Positions 22,762-33,243 of a stretch of DNA of 45,797 nucleotides are shown in pieces. A program made the position numbers and the translations under genes. The notes beneath the pieces are model-generated. The model saw only the letters and a program-made list of their open reading frames with translations. It did no database searches and was not told the origin of the DNA. How positions within the stretch are numbered: the stretch's first letter is position 1; the number at the start of each line of letters is the position of its first letter. Source of the stretch: an uncultured bacterium (GTDB lineage Bacteria > Babelota > Babeliae > Babelales > JACPOV01); the NCBI GenBank assembly GCA_963744715.1, contig CAVUUR010000003.1, positions 1 to 45,797 of the forward strand. The letters run 5' to 3'.

Positions 22762-23604
22762 TTATGTAGATTTTTTAGTTAAAAGAATTTTCGTAACCAC
22801 ACTACCACATGCAAAACCAAATAAACTTACACCTAAAAGAATGGCAGTGCGGGCTCTTGTTACTTGTTGTATTTTATCATTAATGACCTTATTAAATGCT
22901 TTTTGCTTTTCAGTATCTTCAAAGGGAACTTCACTAAATTCCTCATTCATAAGATGTTGGGCTGTTTCGAATCGGATTTTGTCTTTTAATGGCCCAAAAA
23001 ACGATGAATTGTAATCTGCTAATTCTTTACTTAATTCTTCATCGATAAATAATGATTTTAAACCATCAAAATCTTTAGGAACTACTGCTTTTCGCTCAGT
23101 ATAATCTGATAGTTGTTTTCTTAGATATATTTGATAGAGGTCATATAATACCGGGCGTTGATTAATGGAGATTGTCATTTCTTCTAGTTTTTTAAATTTT
23201 TCAAAGGCACCGACTAAAACACCTGTTTCGATACATTCCATTGTTAATGCAATCAGTTGTTCATCATACTCTGTTCGTGAGATTTTTTTTTGCGCAATTT
23301 CATTATTCCATATTCCATATTTTGCCTTGATGTATTCTAATGATTTATTATTAGTAGTAGGCGATGCGTCTAATACTGCACCCAGATAACCGCCATCACG
23401 AGCAATCTCAGGAAATACTTTGAGTTGCGAGGCTTTTGTTGGTGATGAGAAATTTCCCGACTCTATTGCCGACTCTATTGATACAACCTTCCAGTCAGGA
23501 CTCATTGTTGAGCGATTCAGGTCATTCAGTTGACTATCTTCCATAGCATAGATAGAGTTTGCACAAACAATAATGATAGCAATTGATATAATATTTTTAT
23601 TCAT
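22762..23604 (-). CDS. Exported orphan protein with C-terminal TM anchor (paralog A)
   Basis: Signal peptide MNKNIISIAIIIVCANSIYA-ME, motifs DGGYLG and FFGPLKD, C-terminal TM followed by VTKILLTKKST. Confidence 0.75.
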   Translation of the reverse strand: MNKNIISIAIIIVCANSIYAMEDSQLNDLNRSTMSPDWKVVSIESAIESGNFSSPTKASQLKVFPEIARDGGYLGAVLDASPTTNNKSLEYIKAKYGIWNNEIAQKKISRTEYDEQLIALTMECIETGVLVGAFEKFKKLEEMTISINQRPVLYDLYQIYLRKQLSDYTERKAVVPKDFDGLKSLFIDEELSKELADYNSSFFGPLKDKIRFETAQHLMNEEFSEVPFEDTEKQKAFNKVINDKIQQVTRARTAILLGVSLFGFACGSVVTKILLTKKST

Positions 23605-23605
23605 A

Positions 23606-24583
23606 TTATGTACTTTTTTTAGTTAAAAGAATTTTCGTAACCATACCCCATCCAACAAAAATGGTGCTTATAACAAGTAGACCAACACGACCTGTTTTAT
23701 TGAATTTTCGCATGTGGCGATTGTATTCTTTTTGATTTTCGGGATTATTAAGTGCCACTCCATAAATAGTTCCATTCGTGAGACGCTGTATCATTTCAAC
23801 TTTGACTTGATCCTTTATTGGTCCAAAAAATAGTGAAGTATTATTTGCCAGTTCTTTTTTTACTTCTTGTTCAATAACAAATCTTTTCAAAGCATCGAGA
23901 TCTTCATGCGATGTACCTTTCTTATAATCAGCAATTTTCTTTTTTAAATAGGCTTTATAAGCACCTTCAAGCGCCAGCCCTAAATCAAGATCTATCCTGT
24001 TAATTTGACTTCTGTTAAAGCACTCAAAAGCATCAACGAAGACGCCTTCTCCAAAGCTTTTTAATGCAAAATTAAGAAATTGTTTATCGTATTCATTTTG
24101 TTGTATTGTCTTTTTTTTAACATCATCATTCCATGACTCATACTGCTGCTTGAGTGAGTCGAGCGATTTGGCATTGCAACCTGGCAGATCAAATAAATTT
24201 CCTAAATAACCACGATCATAGATAAATTCTCCTACTGGAAGTTCCTGGATTTGTAATGATGAACTTGAGAATCGTTGAGATGTCGGGCTTTGTTGCGAGA
24301 TAACTGTCGACTGATTTTCAGCGGGTAATGTAACCACATGCCCTTGATCATGAACAATAGTAGGCAATACTTGTACTTGCGGTAAAAATTTTCCTGATTG
24401 TGTATCGTAGACACCCAATGTGTCTGAGTATGCTCCAATGAGTTTGGTACTTGATTCCGATGGGATAAATTTCCAGTCATTTTGACTATCCATAAGTGAG
24501 CTATTTAGGGGCGTTTCTTCCATTGGATGTGTAAGATTTGCAAAACCAATAATGATGGCAAGTAATATACTATTTTTATTCAT
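23606..24583 (-). CDS. Exported orphan protein with C-terminal TM anchor (paralog B)
   Basis: Signal peptide MNKNSILLAIIIGFANLTHP-ME, motifs DRGYLG and FFGPIKD, same VTKILLTKKST tail, AAGGAG RBS. Confidence 0.75.
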   Translation of the reverse strand: MNKNSILLAIIIGFANLTHPMEETPLNSSLMDSQNDWKFIPSESSTKLIGAYSDTLGVYDTQSGKFLPQVQVLPTIVHDQGHVVTLPAENQSTVISQQSPTSQRFSSSSLQIQELPVGEFIYDRGYLGNLFDLPGCNAKSLDSLKQQYESWNDDVKKKTIQQNEYDKQFLNFALKSFGEGVFVDAFECFNRSQINRIDLDLGLALEGAYKAYLKKKIADYKKGTSHEDLDALKRFVIEQEVKKELANNTSLFFGPIKDQVKVEMIQRLTNGTIYGVALNNPENQKEYNRHMRKFNKTGRVGLLVISTIFVGWGMVTKILLTKKST

Positions 24584-24596
24584 CTATTCTCCTTGT

Positions 24597-26399
24597 TTAT
24601 TCCAATGAAACCGTGCCGGTTATTAATTGTTGATAATATGCAGAAACATTTGCTAATTCTTGTTGCGAGTAAAAGGTAAGCTGTTTTTGTTGATGTACTA
24701 AAGAAAAATCAAGAATACCTAATGCCTGTTGAATTGTTTTTAGCCGATGCGCAATTACCATCGTGAGTGCGCTATGTGCTAATTCAAGCATCATGGCGGT
24801 AATTGCTTGTTCGCTGACTTCATCCAAGCTGCTGGTAGGTTCATCAATTAAAATAAGTGGTGGTTTATAATAATTAGCACGCAAATAAAGACTTGCAAAA
24901 TTGAGGCGTTGGCGCTGCCCGCCGGATAAAGTTAATCCGCCTTCACCAACTTTACTTGCTAATCCTTGTTTCGTTTTAAACATGCTCCATAACCCAACAC
25001 GTGCTAAAACATTTATTAAATACTCATCCGGGTACACTTGTTCCTGTGGCGGTAACCCAAACAAAAGATTATGTTTTAAGGTTCCCCGGAAACTGGTTGC
25101 TGTTTGACCTTGCAATGCAATCAGTGACCTTCGAGTAATATCATCAACGGTATAAATATCAATATCGTTAATAACAACGTTTCCTTTTTTAGGATGCAGT
25201 TGGCCGCCAATAATTCCTAATAAGGTACTTTTTCCTATGCCGGAGGGGCCAATAATGCCATATAATTTTAGCGGCTGTTTTTGTGGGATGTTTAAAAGTA
25301 ACGAATGGTTATCAAAAATATGAATATGATGGTTATACCAAAATGAAATATTGTTGGCATGTACAGAAATTGTATCTTTTTGTTGCATTGGCAACGGAAC
25401 AGCCGATGTTTGTGTTAACACCGGAAATGTTTGTTTGCCAAAACTTGGAATAAAATGATAAAGATCTTTAATGCGCGTTAATGATCGCAACGCAACGCGC
25501 ACGGGGCGTTCAAGACTGATAATGCCATAAGTCCCCTGAATATACATAATCATTAACGAAATACTGGTCACAATAGTTAATTCATTGGTATATATTGCAT
25601 GTAATAAATAACTACCAAGAATAAATACGGTTAGTAGATACATTACTTTTATGCTGGTCCACATGGTGATATTTGCATTGCGCAACCGTTGTTCTTGATA
25701 AATAATATCGTTATCTTTTGTGTGCAATAGATTATTAATTTCGTTACTTGAGAAATAAGAACGAATAAAATTAATTTGTGATAGATTTTCTTGGCTAATG
25801 CTTTTTACTGCATCATCGGTTTTAATAAGATTAAGTTCTAATGGAATAATAAATATTTTTGCTAGTTTTATATTGATTATGCTAATGCATACTAACAAAA
25901 AACATAAGAGTAATGATAACAGGAAACTTTCCTGCATTAATGAAATAATGGCAGTAATAATACCGGCTATGTAACCAAAAAGATCAATAATAACGGCATC
26001 GATGAGTGTTTCATAACTACGAGCGCATCGATCGATTTTACTTAAAATAGCACCACTATCTTTGTGAGCATGATACAACGGGTCAACCGTTAACAAATGC
26101 TGATGAGCATTAAAGTGAACACTATGAACGCAGCGCAATTCAAGGCGTGCATTTATTTTTCTAATAACATCCTGAAGAATAATCACAACCAACCAGGCGC
26201 CAGCAAAATAGATAAAATAATCATATCGTTGGTGCGAAAAAGCGGCAGCTACCAAAATAGGGATAAGCGTTTCAAAAACGTTGGTTAAAATTTCTTGGAT
26301 CATTACTATAATAACCAACCATTTTTGAGCCAGGAGAAGATGCCACCATGGTTTGGTAAAATCGATGGCAACCAATAATGATTTTTGAGTCTTGACCAT
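24597..26399 (-). CDS. ABC exporter (fused TMD-NBD)
   Basis: N-terminal TM domain, GPSGIGKST, LSGGQRQR, ILIDEPTSSLD, IAHRL. GAGGGAG RBS lies before 26399. Confidence 0.92.
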   Translation of the reverse strand: MVKTQKSLLVAIDFTKPWWHLLLAQKWLVIIVMIQEILTNVFETLIPILVAAAFSHQRYDYFIYFAGAWLVVIILQDVIRKINARLELRCVHSVHFNAHQHLLTVDPLYHAHKDSGAILSKIDRCARSYETLIDAVIIDLFGYIAGIITAIISLMQESFLLSLLLCFLLVCISIINIKLAKIFIIPLELNLIKTDDAVKSISQENLSQINFIRSYFSSNEINNLLHTKDNDIIYQEQRLRNANITMWTSIKVMYLLTVFILGSYLLHAIYTNELTIVTSISLMIMYIQGTYGIISLERPVRVALRSLTRIKDLYHFIPSFGKQTFPVLTQTSAVPLPMQQKDTISVHANNISFWYNHHIHIFDNHSLLLNIPQKQPLKLYGIIGPSGIGKSTLLGIIGGQLHPKKGNVVINDIDIYTVDDITRRSLIALQGQTATSFRGTLKHNLLFGLPPQEQVYPDEYLINVLARVGLWSMFKTKQGLASKVGEGGLTLSGGQRQRLNFASLYLRANYYKPPLILIDEPTSSLDEVSEQAITAMMLELAHSALTMVIAHRLKTIQQALGILDFSLVHQQKQLTFYSQQELANVSAYYQQLITGTVSLE

Positions 26400-26588
26400 G
26401 TGCTCCCTCTTTTTTGGTGGCATTAAGAATCAAACTTATAATAAAGTATATACGCATCCGCTTTGAACGATCAATCGATTGGTCATGATTATTTTTTTAA
26501 CTGAATCATAAAAGATTTTAAAGATCCCTATAAAAATCTATAAGTAACGATAAACTAATACATAGTAGGTTCTATCGAGTGGGGGATT

Positions 26589-28559
26589 ATGTTTATTCAA
26601 GTTCAATTATTGCATGGCTTTTCTGAGCTTCTCTGGTATAAAGTTCCTGCGACCTGGCCCGCGGTTGATTTTGTTGGTTGTTTAGTAACGGTGCCGTTGC
26701 GCAAAAAAATAATTGCCGCAATGGTGCAACGTGTTTGCGCAGAAAAACCGAATGTTTCTTTTGTTATTAAAGAAGCACACTCATGGCAACCGTTGCCGAG
26801 TGACCCTTGTTATAAAAAATTTATTGATTCTCTTTCTTATTATTATCAGCTTTCCAATGTGCAATTATTCAAAAGAATCAGACAATTTCTCATACAAGAA
26901 CAAACGGACATTGTAACATCGCAGCAAGAGTATCAACAACCGACGTCCACCATTCAATTGACCGGAGAGCAACAGCAGGTTGTAGATTTTTTGATGCCAA
27001 CGATTGGCTCTAATACCTATGTTCCTACACTTTTGCATGGTGTTACCGGTTCAGGAAAAACAGAAATTTATAAAAAGCTGATCGAACATGCACAAATGCT
27101 TGATAAAACCGTATTGTTATTACTGCCAGAAGTTTCATTAGCGGTACAATTTACGCAGTTACTCAAACAGCAACTACCATCAAGCATAGAAATTTTTGGT
27201 TTTCATAGCGCAACCAGTGTTAAAGAAAAGCGATTATTATGGCAAAGGCTCTTACAAAATTCACCGGTTCTCATCGTGGGAGTCCACTTACCTGTTTTAT
27301 TGCCAATAAGTAATTTGGGGTTAATTATCGTTGATGAAGAGCATGATACAGGATTTCAAGAAAAAAAATATCCGCGCATCAATAGCAAAGAAGCTGCATT
27401 ATGGCGCGCGCAGCACAATAAGATTCCCATTCTTTTGGGTTCGGCAACACCATCTATTTCATCGTTGTATAATGTCAAAAAAAAAGGATGGCACTTTTTT
27501 CAACTCAAACAACGTTTTGCGGGTCAATTTCCAAAAGTTACGATGGTGCAGCTTGATAATGCTACTAAACGAAAAAATTTCTGGATAAGTAAAAAATTAG
27601 AACAATCTATAGAACATAGGTTAGCCGTTGGCCAACAAACAATATTGTTTTTAAATAGGCGCGGATTTAGTTTTTTTGTTCAATGCAAGCAGTGTAACTT
27701 TGTTTTTTCGTGCAGTAATTGCTCGGTAAGTTTAACGCTTCATGATCACAATATGCTCATGTGCCATTATTGTGGGCTTTCTATGCAACAAGCATCACAT
27801 TGTCCTGCATGCAAGGTTGATCAAAAAGAATTTTTAAAAAAAGGAATCGGTACGCAGCAGCTCGTAACTATATTGCAAAAAATATTTCCTCATGCGCGTA
27901 TTGGCCGTGCCGATTTGGATGCGACGATTAACAAAAAAATGTGGCAGGCAACCATACATGATTTTGAACAAGGTAAGCTTGATATTTTAATTGGTACACA
28001 AACTATTACTAAGGGGTACCATTTTCCTCGCGTGACGTTGGTAGGTATTATATGGGCAGATTTAAATTTGCATTTCCCACTTTTTAATGCTTCTGAAACA
28101 ACGTTACAACAATTAATTCAAGTTGCCGGTCGCGCAGGAAGGCAACTTCCAGGCAGTGAAGTGATTGTTCAAATGATGATGGATCATGCTATTTTCGATT
28201 ATATTCATGAAATTGATTATGTTTCTTTTTACAATCAAGAAATTGAAGCGCGTACTGCTGTGGGATATCCGCCGGTTATGCGATTGGTTGAAGTTGAATT
28301 AAAATATAATGACGAATCAGTTGTAGAAGCGGATGCAAAACATTTATGCGCTTCATTGGTTGAGCAATGCAGCCTTTTGAAATATCACATTACCATTTTG
28401 GGCCCAGCAAGGCCGTTGGTGCACAAAATTAAAAATAGCTACAGCAGAAAAATCTATCTTAAAGGTGCGAGTATACAAGAACTTATTAATCTTTTTGTAG
28501 CAAGCACGCGTCGATCATACACAAGTAGTACTGCATTCACACCAAATCCATTGTCATAA
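26589..28559 (+). CDS. priA: Primosomal protein N'
   Basis: LHGVTGSGKTEIY, DEEHD, LGSATPS, LNRRG, four CxxC pairs, QVAGRAGR, YPP. Confidence 0.97.
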   Translation: MFIQVQLLHGFSELLWYKVPATWPAVDFVGCLVTVPLRKKIIAAMVQRVCAEKPNVSFVIKEAHSWQPLPSDPCYKKFIDSLSYYYQLSNVQLFKRIRQFLIQEQTDIVTSQQEYQQPTSTIQLTGEQQQVVDFLMPTIGSNTYVPTLLHGVTGSGKTEIYKKLIEHAQMLDKTVLLLLPEVSLAVQFTQLLKQQLPSSIEIFGFHSATSVKEKRLLWQRLLQNSPVLIVGVHLPVLLPISNLGLIIVDEEHDTGFQEKKYPRINSKEAALWRAQHNKIPILLGSATPSISSLYNVKKKGWHFFQLKQRFAGQFPKVTMVQLDNATKRKNFWISKKLEQSIEHRLAVGQQTILFLNRRGFSFFVQCKQCNFVFSCSNCSVSLTLHDHNMLMCHYCGLSMQQASHCPACKVDQKEFLKKGIGTQQLVTILQKIFPHARIGRADLDATINKKMWQATIHDFEQGKLDILIGTQTITKGYHFPRVTLVGIIWADLNLHFPLFNASETTLQQLIQVAGRAGRQLPGSEVIVQMMMDHAIFDYIHEIDYVSFYNQEIEARTAVGYPPVMRLVEVELKYNDESVVEADAKHLCASLVEQCSLLKYHITILGPARPLVHKIKNSYSRKIYLKGASIQELINLFVASTRRSYTSSTAFTPNPLS

Positions 28560-28567
28560 ATGAGTTG

Positions 28568-29119
28568 TTACGGTATAAAAAAATGCGTTCGATAGTTTTT
28601 TAATTCTTCTATCGATTCACGAATATCAATCAAAGCGCGGTGTGTGTCCGTTTTAGGGAAATCGATGTAAGGACTTTCTGGATACCAGCGTTTTATTATT
28701 TCCTTAATCGAACTAACATCAATGAGCCGGTAATTGATAAATGAAGTAAGAGTAGGCATGTGCTCCGATAAAAATAAGCGATCTTGCCAAATGCTATTGC
28801 CACATAATCGCGCTGTTCCCGGTGGAAAATATTGTTTGATAAACGTAAGCGTCTCCTGCTGGGCATCAGTTAATGTTGTTGTTGATGCTTTTACGGCATC
28901 GGTGAGCCCAGAAAGGTTATGTTGTTTTTTACACCAATCATTCATTGATTCTAATACAGAATCCGGTTGATGAATAACGAGGTTAGGCCCTTCTGCAAGA
29001 ATAGTTAGTTGCGCATCAGTAACAATAGAAGCAATTTCAAGAATAAAATCGTTGCGCACATCTAATCCGGTCATTTCCAAATCAATCCATAATAAATTAA
29101 ATTCACTTTTCATAAACAA
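28568..29119 (-). CDS. orn: Oligoribonuclease
   Basis: WIDLEMTGLD, LCGNSIWQDR, YRLIDVSSIKE, HRALIDIRESIEELKNYR. Confidence 0.96.
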   Translation of the reverse strand: MFMKSEFNLLWIDLEMTGLDVRNDFILEIASIVTDAQLTILAEGPNLVIHQPDSVLESMNDWCKKQHNLSGLTDAVKASTTTLTDAQQETLTFIKQYFPPGTARLCGNSIWQDRLFLSEHMPTLTSFINYRLIDVSSIKEIIKRWYPESPYIDFPKTDTHRALIDIRESIEELKNYRTHFFIP

Positions 29120-29260
29120 TTCCTTGTATTGGCATATGAATTAAGTTCTAAGGTTCTCTATTATCTTACCAAAATTCATAGTATCCTTTTACATAAAAAA
29201 GAATGACATCGTGCGATTGCTATGAAATAATCAATATCTCGGGATAAAAAAAGAAAGCTG

Positions 29261-31480
29261 ATGAGTATGCACAAAATACGTATTGGTGTTTTAATGGGAG
29301 GAAAATCAGGAGAGCGAGAAGTATCGTTTAATTCTGGCAGAACGGTGTGCGATCATCTTGATACAATGCGTTATGCTATTATTCCATTGTATCAAACCAC
29401 TGATGGAAATCTTTTTGTGTTGCCATGGTCATTTTTGCATCGTGGAAAAACAAGTGATTTTGAGCAGCGTCTTGTTTGCCAAGCGCAGCAGATTATGTGG
29501 GATGATCTAAAAAATTTAATTGATTGTGTGTATATTGCTATGCATGGGCAATATGCAGAAGATGGAACGGTGCAAGGCATTTTTGAGCTTTTAAAAATTC
29601 CATACGTAGGTTCAAAAGTTTTTGCTAGTGCATTGGGTATGGATAAAATTATGCAAAAAAAATTCATGCGGATGCATACCATTAACGTGCCCAACTATGT
29701 AGTGGTGAATCCTGTTGATATTGAAGAAGATAATATTGCTCTCATCCTTGAACGTATGCACGATAATAAAATTACATTTCCCTGCATAGTAAAACCAGGC
29801 AATGAAGGCTCAAGTTTGGGAGTATCAATTGCTGCTAACTGTGATGAATTATATCTGGCATTGATGCGCGCCTGCTATGAAGGTGCAATAAGACCGCGTA
29901 AGGTACTAATTGAAGAAAAAATTAAAGGAATGGAATTTTCGTGCATTGTATTAACTGATTATCGCACCAATACCTTATTGCCATTACCACCCACTGAAAT
30001 TATTGCGGATGAAAGTATCGGTTTTTTTGATTATGACCAAAAATATATGCCCGGAAAATCATTACAAATTACGCCGGCGCGTTGTTTACAACAAGATATT
30101 GAACGAATTCAAGAAACGTGTGTTAAGGTTATGCATTGTTTAGAGTTCACCAATCTTGGGCGCATTGATGGATTTTTAACCGACGGCGGAGATATTATTA
30201 TTATTGATCCCAATAGTTTTGCTGGTGCAGCACCCGCAAGTTTTTTATTTAAACAGGCTGCTCAGATTGGGATGAACCATACTGCGTTAATTAATTATCT
30301 TATCCAAACGGAATTACATTATTATGGCATGACACCTATGATAGAAAAAGATTTTGATACACAAGAACAAAAGAGTGCAGGAAAAATTCGCGTTGCCGTG
30401 TTATTGGGAGGCTCTTCTAATGAAAAAGAAATATCATTAGAATCAGGCAGAAATGTGCTCTATAAATTATCACCGCATAAATATGAACCGATAGCTATTT
30501 TTGTTACCGATTCATTACAGTTATTTCGCATTGATGAACGAATACTATTATCAAGTTCCACGAGTGTGATTGAACAAGAAATAACGAATGAAATGCAAAT
30601 TAAATGGAGCGATCTACCAACTATTGCTGATTTCGTTTTTATTGCATTACATGGTGGCCAAGGAGAAAATGGTTGCGTGCAAGGAATGTTAGAAATGCTT
30701 AACCTTCCTTATAACGGTTCATCAGTGTTGACCAGTGCATTGTGCATGGATAAATATAAAACAAATTCGTTACTCGCAATGAACGGTTTTGATGTTCCTG
30801 CAAATATGCTTGTTAACTTGCAAGAGTTGCATAATCCAACCGAATTATTAAATCAAATAGAGGATACTTTTATTTTTCCTATTATTATTAAACCGCATGA
30901 TGATGGCTGCAGTGTGCTGGTACATAAAGTAATGGATAAAGCAGAAGTTCTTCCGATTTTGCAAAAATTTGTGCTTGAAAAAAAACAGTATGCGTTGATT
31001 GAAGAATGTATACGGGGCACGGAATTGACGGTTGGTGTGCTTGGTAATGAGAATCCGGTTGCATTGCCGCCAAGCCAAGTAATGGTACAAGGTGCCATAC
31101 TTTCTATTGAAGAAAAGTTTTTACCAGGTGCTGGAGAAAATCAAACACCAGCATTATTGCCACCACAAACTATTACGTTAATTCAAAAAACTATCGAATC
31201 GGTGTATGCCATCGTTAATTGCAAAGGCTATGCACGCATTGATTGCTTTTATCAATCAGCTGAACAAAGCCCTACCAATAAAGAACGAATTATTATTATT
31301 GAAATTAATACACTGCCGGGATTAACACCAGCAACCTGTATTTTTCATCAAGCGGCAGAAATTGGATTAAAACCCATGGATTTTATTGACCTAATTATCG
31401 AATATGGTTTTAAAGAACATCTGCATATACGTTCAAATAATTATCAAGAACAAGTATCAACGATGCTCATTAATGGCTAA
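29261..31480 (+). CDS. D-Ala-D-Ala ligase family protein with two complete ATP-grasp ligase domains
   Basis: Two full motif sets: GGKSGEREVS/MHG..EDG/MDK/KP..EGSS/RID and GGSSNEKEIS/LHG..ENG/MDK/KP..DGCS/RID/EINTLPG. Confidence 0.9.
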   Translation: MSMHKIRIGVLMGGKSGEREVSFNSGRTVCDHLDTMRYAIIPLYQTTDGNLFVLPWSFLHRGKTSDFEQRLVCQAQQIMWDDLKNLIDCVYIAMHGQYAEDGTVQGIFELLKIPYVGSKVFASALGMDKIMQKKFMRMHTINVPNYVVVNPVDIEEDNIALILERMHDNKITFPCIVKPGNEGSSLGVSIAANCDELYLALMRACYEGAIRPRKVLIEEKIKGMEFSCIVLTDYRTNTLLPLPPTEIIADESIGFFDYDQKYMPGKSLQITPARCLQQDIERIQETCVKVMHCLEFTNLGRIDGFLTDGGDIIIIDPNSFAGAAPASFLFKQAAQIGMNHTALINYLIQTELHYYGMTPMIEKDFDTQEQKSAGKIRVAVLLGGSSNEKEISLESGRNVLYKLSPHKYEPIAIFVTDSLQLFRIDERILLSSSTSVIEQEITNEMQIKWSDLPTIADFVFIALHGGQGENGCVQGMLEMLNLPYNGSSVLTSALCMDKYKTNSLLAMNGFDVPANMLVNLQELHNPTELLNQIEDTFIFPIIIKPHDDGCSVLVHKVMDKAEVLPILQKFVLEKKQYALIEECIRGTELTVGVLGNENPVALPPSQVMVQGAILSIEEKFLPGAGENQTPALLPPQTITLIQKTIESVYAIVNCKGYARIDCFYQSAEQSPTNKERIIIIEINTLPGLTPATCIFHQAAEIGLKPMDFIDLIIEYGFKEHLHIRSNNYQEQVSTMLING

Positions 31481-31583
31481 TTCTTTCAACAGTTACTACT
31501 GCTAGGCTTTTCCACAGTATTTCTTATCATTATTTAGTATAAAAACACCCAAATAAGACAGGTGTGTAGATGAAAAAAGGCAT

Positions 31584-31612
31584 TTGACAAGCGTAGCTTT
31601 TTATTCTATTCT
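31584..31612 (+). promoter_or_regulatory. Sigma70-like promoter
   Basis: TTGACA (31584-89), 17 nt spacer, TATTCT (31607-12). Confidence 0.6.
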
Positions 31613-31678
31613 TACTATTAGTAATTAAATTGATAATGTTATTAAGAATTTATTAAATTTATCTGTAAAAGGTGTTTT

Positions 31679-32326
31679 ATGAAAAAACTTCTATTATTGG
31701 TCATTGCGCTTACCTCGTATAATGGTTTTGTGCAAGGAATGGGCACAATCAACTTGACATTGGGAACAGATTTTGGTAATGATATTGTAAAAAACAATAC
31801 GTTTCCTCGATGGAATAGTTGTGGATTATGGGCACATAAGCCCATGTTTCATCTTGCAAGTGAGGAAGCACAAGGGGATCTTAAGCGGCATATTTTAACA
31901 ACTTTAGATAGTGCACCCGCACTAGATTTGACTCAAGGTAACATGTTTGGCCATCCTAATGCTCCCAAAGCTACTCTAAGCCTTGGAGAAAGGAGTATTT
32001 TAAATAACGATCTCGATGCTATTGAAGGCTATTGCACTAGTCAGGCAAAAATAAGTAATCGCATAACATGGTTATGCGCATTAGCTGGGATTGCGGCAGT
32101 AACTGCTCCCGTTGCTTATGTAATTTATAACAATGGAACACCAAGTGTTTCATTTAATGATATTAAAAATATTGCATGGCAAAAACCAGCACTTGCCGGT
32201 ACCCTTTTTGGTGTTGCTGCAGGATTGAATTATGGTAGTATTACAAGGCATATCAATGGCCGCAAGAATGAGATACAGAAAATAAAGGGCATTGTGAACG
32301 AAATACCTCTGGACGTATTGGATTAA
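31679..32326 (+). CDS. Exported two-TM orphan protein (paralog 1)
   Basis: MKKLLLLV signal, motifs FGND and APVAY...KNIAWQKPAL, two hydrophobic helices. Confidence 0.75.
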   Translation: MKKLLLLVIALTSYNGFVQGMGTINLTLGTDFGNDIVKNNTFPRWNSCGLWAHKPMFHLASEEAQGDLKRHILTTLDSAPALDLTQGNMFGHPNAPKATLSLGERSILNNDLDAIEGYCTSQAKISNRITWLCALAGIAAVTAPVAYVIYNNGTPSVSFNDIKNIAWQKPALAGTLFGVAAGLNYGSITRHINGRKNEIQKIKGIVNEIPLDVLD

Positions 32327-32354
32327 ATTTTATTTTTATAAAAAGTAAATGATC

Positions 32355-32390
32355 ATAAGAGCGGTCAAGGATGGCCGCTCTTATTGTTTT
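32355..32390 (+). terminator. Intrinsic terminator
   Basis: Stem ATAAGAGCGGTCA / TGGCCGCTCTTAT with a 4-nt loop, followed by TGTTTT. Confidence 0.8.
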
Positions 32391-32508
32391 AATTTTTCTT
32401 CTTGCCTTTGTTGTCAAAAACATCTACCTTGTATGATGCAAAAAGAAGAGTAGCAATAATGCAAATGATTGTTGTTTTACTTACATCACATTTTATGAAA
32501 GGTTTTTT

Positions 32509-33069
32509 ATGAAAAAACTTTTGTTGCTAGTCGCAGTTAATTCCGCTGCTTTTATGCAAGCGGGTACTGGAGTGGGGTTTGATTCAGCATTCGGCAATAA
32601 TTTTCTAAAAAATAAATCCAGCAATTGGCGTAGTTGGGGTATATCAGGTTTGGTGAATCCTATAATTACAAATGATCGAGACGCCCTTGAGGATATACTT
32701 AAAAAAAACTCAGGCGAAAAGTTTGAATTGAGTAAAAAATTACAGCAAGCCGATAAACAAAGATTAATAACTGATATTAATAAGAAAAAAGAATTGTGTG
32801 CCTATGATAATCAGATGACTAAAAGCAAGATAGCGACAGGCCTTTTTTTTGCTACTGGCCTCGTTTTATTAGCTGCGCCTGTTGCATATATGTATCAAGA
32901 TGGCTTTAAGAATATTTCATGGGAAAAAGCAGCATTAAATGCTGGTGGCGTTACAACTGCTTTTGGATGTGCAGTTTTGCAAAATAATGCTACAAACAAA
33001 ATGATGAGCGAGAAGATCGATTTACACGGGCTTGGTGAATGTGCAGAAAAACTTGAAATCGAAAGCTGA
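32509..33069 (+). CDS. Exported two-TM orphan protein (paralog 2)
   Basis: MKKLLLLV signal, motifs FGNN and APVAY...KNISWEKAAL. Confidence 0.75.
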   Translation: MKKLLLLVAVNSAAFMQAGTGVGFDSAFGNNFLKNKSSNWRSWGISGLVNPIITNDRDALEDILKKNSGEKFELSKKLQQADKQRLITDINKKKELCAYDNQMTKSKIATGLFFATGLVLLAAPVAYMYQDGFKNISWEKAALNAGGVTTAFGCAVLQNNATNKMMSEKIDLHGLGECAEKLEIES

Positions 33070-33101
33070 ATAGATTTTGTTAATTAACAATAAATAATAA
33101 T

Positions 33102-33135
33102 ATAAGAGCGGTGTAACAGCCGCTCTTATTGTTTT
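33102..33135 (+). terminator. Intrinsic terminator, same stem as 32355
   Basis: Stem ATAAGAGCGG / CCGCTCTTAT followed by TGTTTT. Confidence 0.8.
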
Positions 33136-33243
33136 ATACCATTCTTATAGTATGTAGGCATCCTTTACATTCTCGATAGTGGCGTTATAGTACAATTCAT
33201 TGTTAGCATAAAAAAGTTTCTTGTTTTCAATGAAAGTATTGAT

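Noticed and set aside
22730..24600. Genomic island integrated at the tmRNA 3' end
   Set aside because: I saw no integrase and no repeat of the tmRNA 3' end in the window.
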